NCBI RefSeq assembly: GCF_009914755.1
Contig: NC_060926.1
Origin: the human T2T-CHM13v2.0 reference genome, Homo sapiens
Reading direction: 5' to 3' (one strand)
Length of the DNA stretch: 64,000 nt
Below the pieces are notes generated by a model. It had not been told where the DNA came from. It did not search any database and saw only the letters and a list, made by a program, of their open reading frames with translations. Below are positions 57,824 to 64,000 of this stretch, one piece after another (position 1 is the first letter of the stretch; every line of letters starts with the position of its first letter). Both the position numbers and the translations under genes were made by a program.

Positions 57824-58489
57824 TCAATCTCCTCTTTAAATATCAACTGCTACCTACAACACAGTGAACATTCATTTCTAGTATCCTACTTTCTATCACA
57901 GCAATTTCCAACATGTGGCCTGAGGGTTGCTAGGATCCCTGAGGTCAAAATTACTTCGTAATAATACTAAGACATTAATTAACTTTTGACTCTCAAACAA
58001 GAGTGTACAGTGAGGTATGCCAGAGACGACATGATGTGATAACAAGTTACCATATTGACTAATGGAATGCGTGAAGAAGAAAATCCAGTTGCCTTCAATG
58101 AAGCCAGACATTAAAAATAGAAAACAATGCCCTCCTCATTAAGTTATTGAAAGTTGTTTTCATTTAAATATATGTAATTTTTGTCAATACTTAATGGATT
58201 TATTAGAAAATGGTGTCAAACTTTCCAAAGTGTGTGCTCATCCTCCTTATTAAGCTTTCCTAGTGATCTGTATTTCCACCAACGCTTGGTTTTATCCAAA
58301 CTCCTTAATCTTTGTCAAACAATGGGTATAAACTGAAGAGAGGCGTCTTAAATTTGTATTTCCTTAATCATTAATGACACTGAACATTTTTTTACAGGTT
58401 TCTTCTCAGAAAAAATATCTTCTTTACGCTGTGGCTTGTCTTTACACTCTTTTTATGGTGTCATTTGAAGGAAAGTGCTGGTTTCTTAT

Positions 58490-59340
58490 AAAATAGACTT
58501 TACACTAGTCTTTTTACTGTCTCCACAGTTTTGCATTTTCCAGAATGTCATATAGTTGGAATCATACAGTATGTAGCCTTTTCAGATTGGCTTATTTCAC
58601 TTAGTAACATACTTTTAAGGTCCTTTCATATCTTGTTCATGGCTTGATAGCTCTTTTTTATTTAAGTGCTGAATACTCCATGGTCAGGATGTGCCAGTTT
58701 GTTCATCCATTCATCTACTGAACGACCTCTTTGTTGCTTCCAAGTTTTGGCCATTGTGAATGAAATTGCTATAAAGGTCCACCTGCAGGTTTTTGTGTGG
58801 ACATAAGTATTCAACTCATTTGGGTAAATACTAAGAAACATAACTACTGGATTATATAGTTAGAGTATGTTGAGTTTCATAAGCAGCAGCACAGCTGTTT
58901 TTCATGGGGCTGCACCATTTTGCATTAACTAGAGATAAATGAGTTCTTGCTGCTCCACATCCTAATCAGTATTTGGTGGTATTCGTGTTTTGGATTTTGG
59001 CTATTCTAATAGGTGTATAGTGGTATCTCATTTTGTTTTAATTTGCAATTCCCTAATGATATGATATTGAGCATATTTTCATATGCTTATTGGCCATCTG
59101 TTTATTTTCCTTGGTAATAAAGAATAAAAATAGATGGCAAATAAGCATATGGTATCTGTTCAAATACCTATTTGCCTATTTTTTAATTAAATTGTTTTCT
59201 TATTGCTGAATTTTAAAAGCTCTTTGTATATTTTGGATTAAAAGTCCTTTATCAGACATGTCTTCTGCAACATTTTCTTCTAGTCTGTAGTCTTCTCACT
59301 TTCTTGAGAAACAATGAATTTTAATTAGTTGAATTTGTCA
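58490..59340 (-). mobile_element. L1MC-type 3' region
   Basis: ttttccagaatgtcatatagttggaatcatacagtatgtagccttttcagattggcttatttcacttagtaa signature. Confidence 0.8.
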
Positions 59341-59673
59341 ATCTTTTCTTTTGATTACATATTTTCTAAGAAAACTTTCTGTAATCAAGACCAAAACCAT
59401 ATTCTCTTATATTTTTGTCTAAAAGCATTTACAATTTGCTTTTCATGTTTAAATAATTAAGGTAATTAATCTGTTTATAAAGGGAGGTAGAGGGCCTTTT
59501 TTTTAAAATGGGAATATACAATTGTCCCATCACCATTTACTGACCAGTTCATCACTAGCCCAGTGATCTGCAATGCTACTTCTACAGTATATCTAGTTTT
59601 CATATATGCACAAATCTATTTATGGAGAACTTGTTACTGCAATGATAGAACTACAACTAGAATATATAATTAG

Positions 59674-61783
<2,110 letters not shown>

Positions 61784-62333
61784 AAAACTAAGTCTTTAGG
61801 AAAATGTAACTATGATTAAATAGTGTAATCTGTATAAACTTTAGGAGGATATTTGGCAATACATGTCAAAACTCTTATTGTAGAAGAATGTCTAATGACA
61901 GAGTAATGTATATATGATACATTATTAATTGCAAAAAGTCTATTTATAAACGTAATGGTGCAAGCTTATGTGTGCCCATGCATGTATGAACAGACAGAAG
62001 ATACACACTGAAATGTTAACGGTTCCACGTTCTCTAAAGCAGGCATTCTTGACAGGTACAATACATCTCCCAATTGGGTAAAACTGGATCTTGGCACAGG
62101 AGGGAGTGTGGAAAAAAGACTTTGACATTATTAATATAATAGTCTGTGGCCCTCCAAAGCGTCACAGTACATAAACAGATATACAGCATATATGTAGTAC
62201 TGAAATTTTTAGGGTGGGAAAAAGTGATTAGGAGAAAATGTCTAAAAAGGCTAATTAGGGGTCAATAATTTTAAAAAGGTTGAAAAACATAGGGCATGAT
62301 GCCAAAAAATAAGGCAAAGTTCCCCAGTGTGAG

Positions 62334-62384
62334 GAATGAATGAATGAATGAATGAATAAATAAATAAATAAATAAATAAATAAA
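62334..62384 (+). repeat. Compound microsatellite (GAAT)n(AAAT)n
   Basis: gaatgaatgaatgaatgaatgaataaataaataaataaataaataaataaat. Confidence 0.9.
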
Positions 62385-63514
62385 TGGTATGGGTTTCATA
62401 TGTGCTGAGTACTGATTCTCTCAGGCCTTTGAGGATGCCAATCAAGGCCAGTAGCAGGGGTAGGGTTAGGGCCCTGGGGTATTTGTCCTTGGTCTGCAGC
62501 ATCCTCTTCTATTTATTCCATTGTGCCTCCAAATATCATTTGCTGTGAGTGCTGTTATGTGAGAAAGGTTGGAAGCACTGAATTTCTACAACAAACATAC
62601 TACTTTTTTAAGAGACAATTTTTATGATAAAAGTTTCCTTTGTGGAATACTGTTATCAATCTCTTCTTAGGCCTGGCATAATAGGGAGTCAAGAACACCA
62701 AGTTTTATTTAGAATATGCTCAAAAAATGTCAACTGTCTAGCTGTGGACACATAGGAGACCCTACCCAGCCCACTAAATCTATTGAGGAGCAGTGGTCAT
62801 TTTTTGTATAACTCTATACATGGAGTATATGACTCTACCCCCATAGTTAATGAACTATGTAATTATGTTCATTAATATAATAAGTAATAGGCACAGATAA
62901 CTCAACTGTGATTCATCTGTGGATATTCCAATTATATGCTATTTCTATGTCCAGATTTTAAAAATGAATTGAGCTAAATTGACTCTTGAGAATCTAGAAT
63001 GGGAGAACTGAAAAACCAAATCACTTAACACTGGGAACTTGATGGACATTTATAAGTATGTGAGAATAAAACACATGTACATGAAGAAAATATGTGGCAT
63101 AGAGAAATCAGAACAGATGCACAGAGATGACACAGGGAGACCTGGAGACTCATGAAAGCACAGTTCCTCAGTTTTTAACACTGTCCCAGTTCCAACTCTC
63201 CTAGTACCCAACAATATTGATTTCTTTCCTTTGTCATTATTTTTTTAAGCTAGGTTGTGGGGATCTGTGTTCCTTGTACCCAGGAAAAACCTAACTAAAA
63301 TATAATTCGAACCTAAAAAAATGTTTTATGTTAAGAATAATCTTGCAGGAATCTGGCTTAGATGTAAAAATTAAAACCACACACATAATACCAGCATCCC
63401 TGGGTTAGAACACTACTTCTTGAAATGCTCCTCCTAGTTCTGTAAAGATCAAGGTAAGAATAAAGTAACTTGCTTTAGAAAGGTATTTTAAATAAGTTAA
63501 AAATATAAATATCT

Positions 63515-64000
<486 letters not shown>

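Overview
Primate (protein matches indicate human) genomic DNA holding the 3' parts of two convergent genes. NIF3L1 (+ strand) has its last five coding exons here (696-11128, poly(A) signal 11356). ORC2 (- strand) has its last 14 coding exons (57093 down to the stop at 18751, about residues 80-577) and a 3' UTR with poly(A) signals at about 17950-18000 and about 16455. All 19 exons join in frame with GT-AG boundaries. Introns and the 5-kb intergenic gap are packed with Alus (several nested or inverted), a FAM monomer, THE1, LTR47, MLT1 and MER31-like LTRs, MER5A, MER58A and MER82 DNA transposons, L1M/L2/MIR relics, and a U6 retrocopy. Nearly all ORF-track entries are Alu-derived or chance ORFs. 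I see no evidence of a wholly new biological system. The best leads are in RNA processing: a 66-nt in-frame candidate cassette exon and a 37-nt candidate poison exon in ORC2 introns, a minor-spliceosome-like ORC2 intron, an inverted Alu pair confined to the long ORC2 3' UTR, a 3'-extended U6 retrocopy, and a recursive-splice-like motif at the NIF3L1 last exon. Exon numbers and repeat subfamily names are from memory, and repeat boundaries are approximate.
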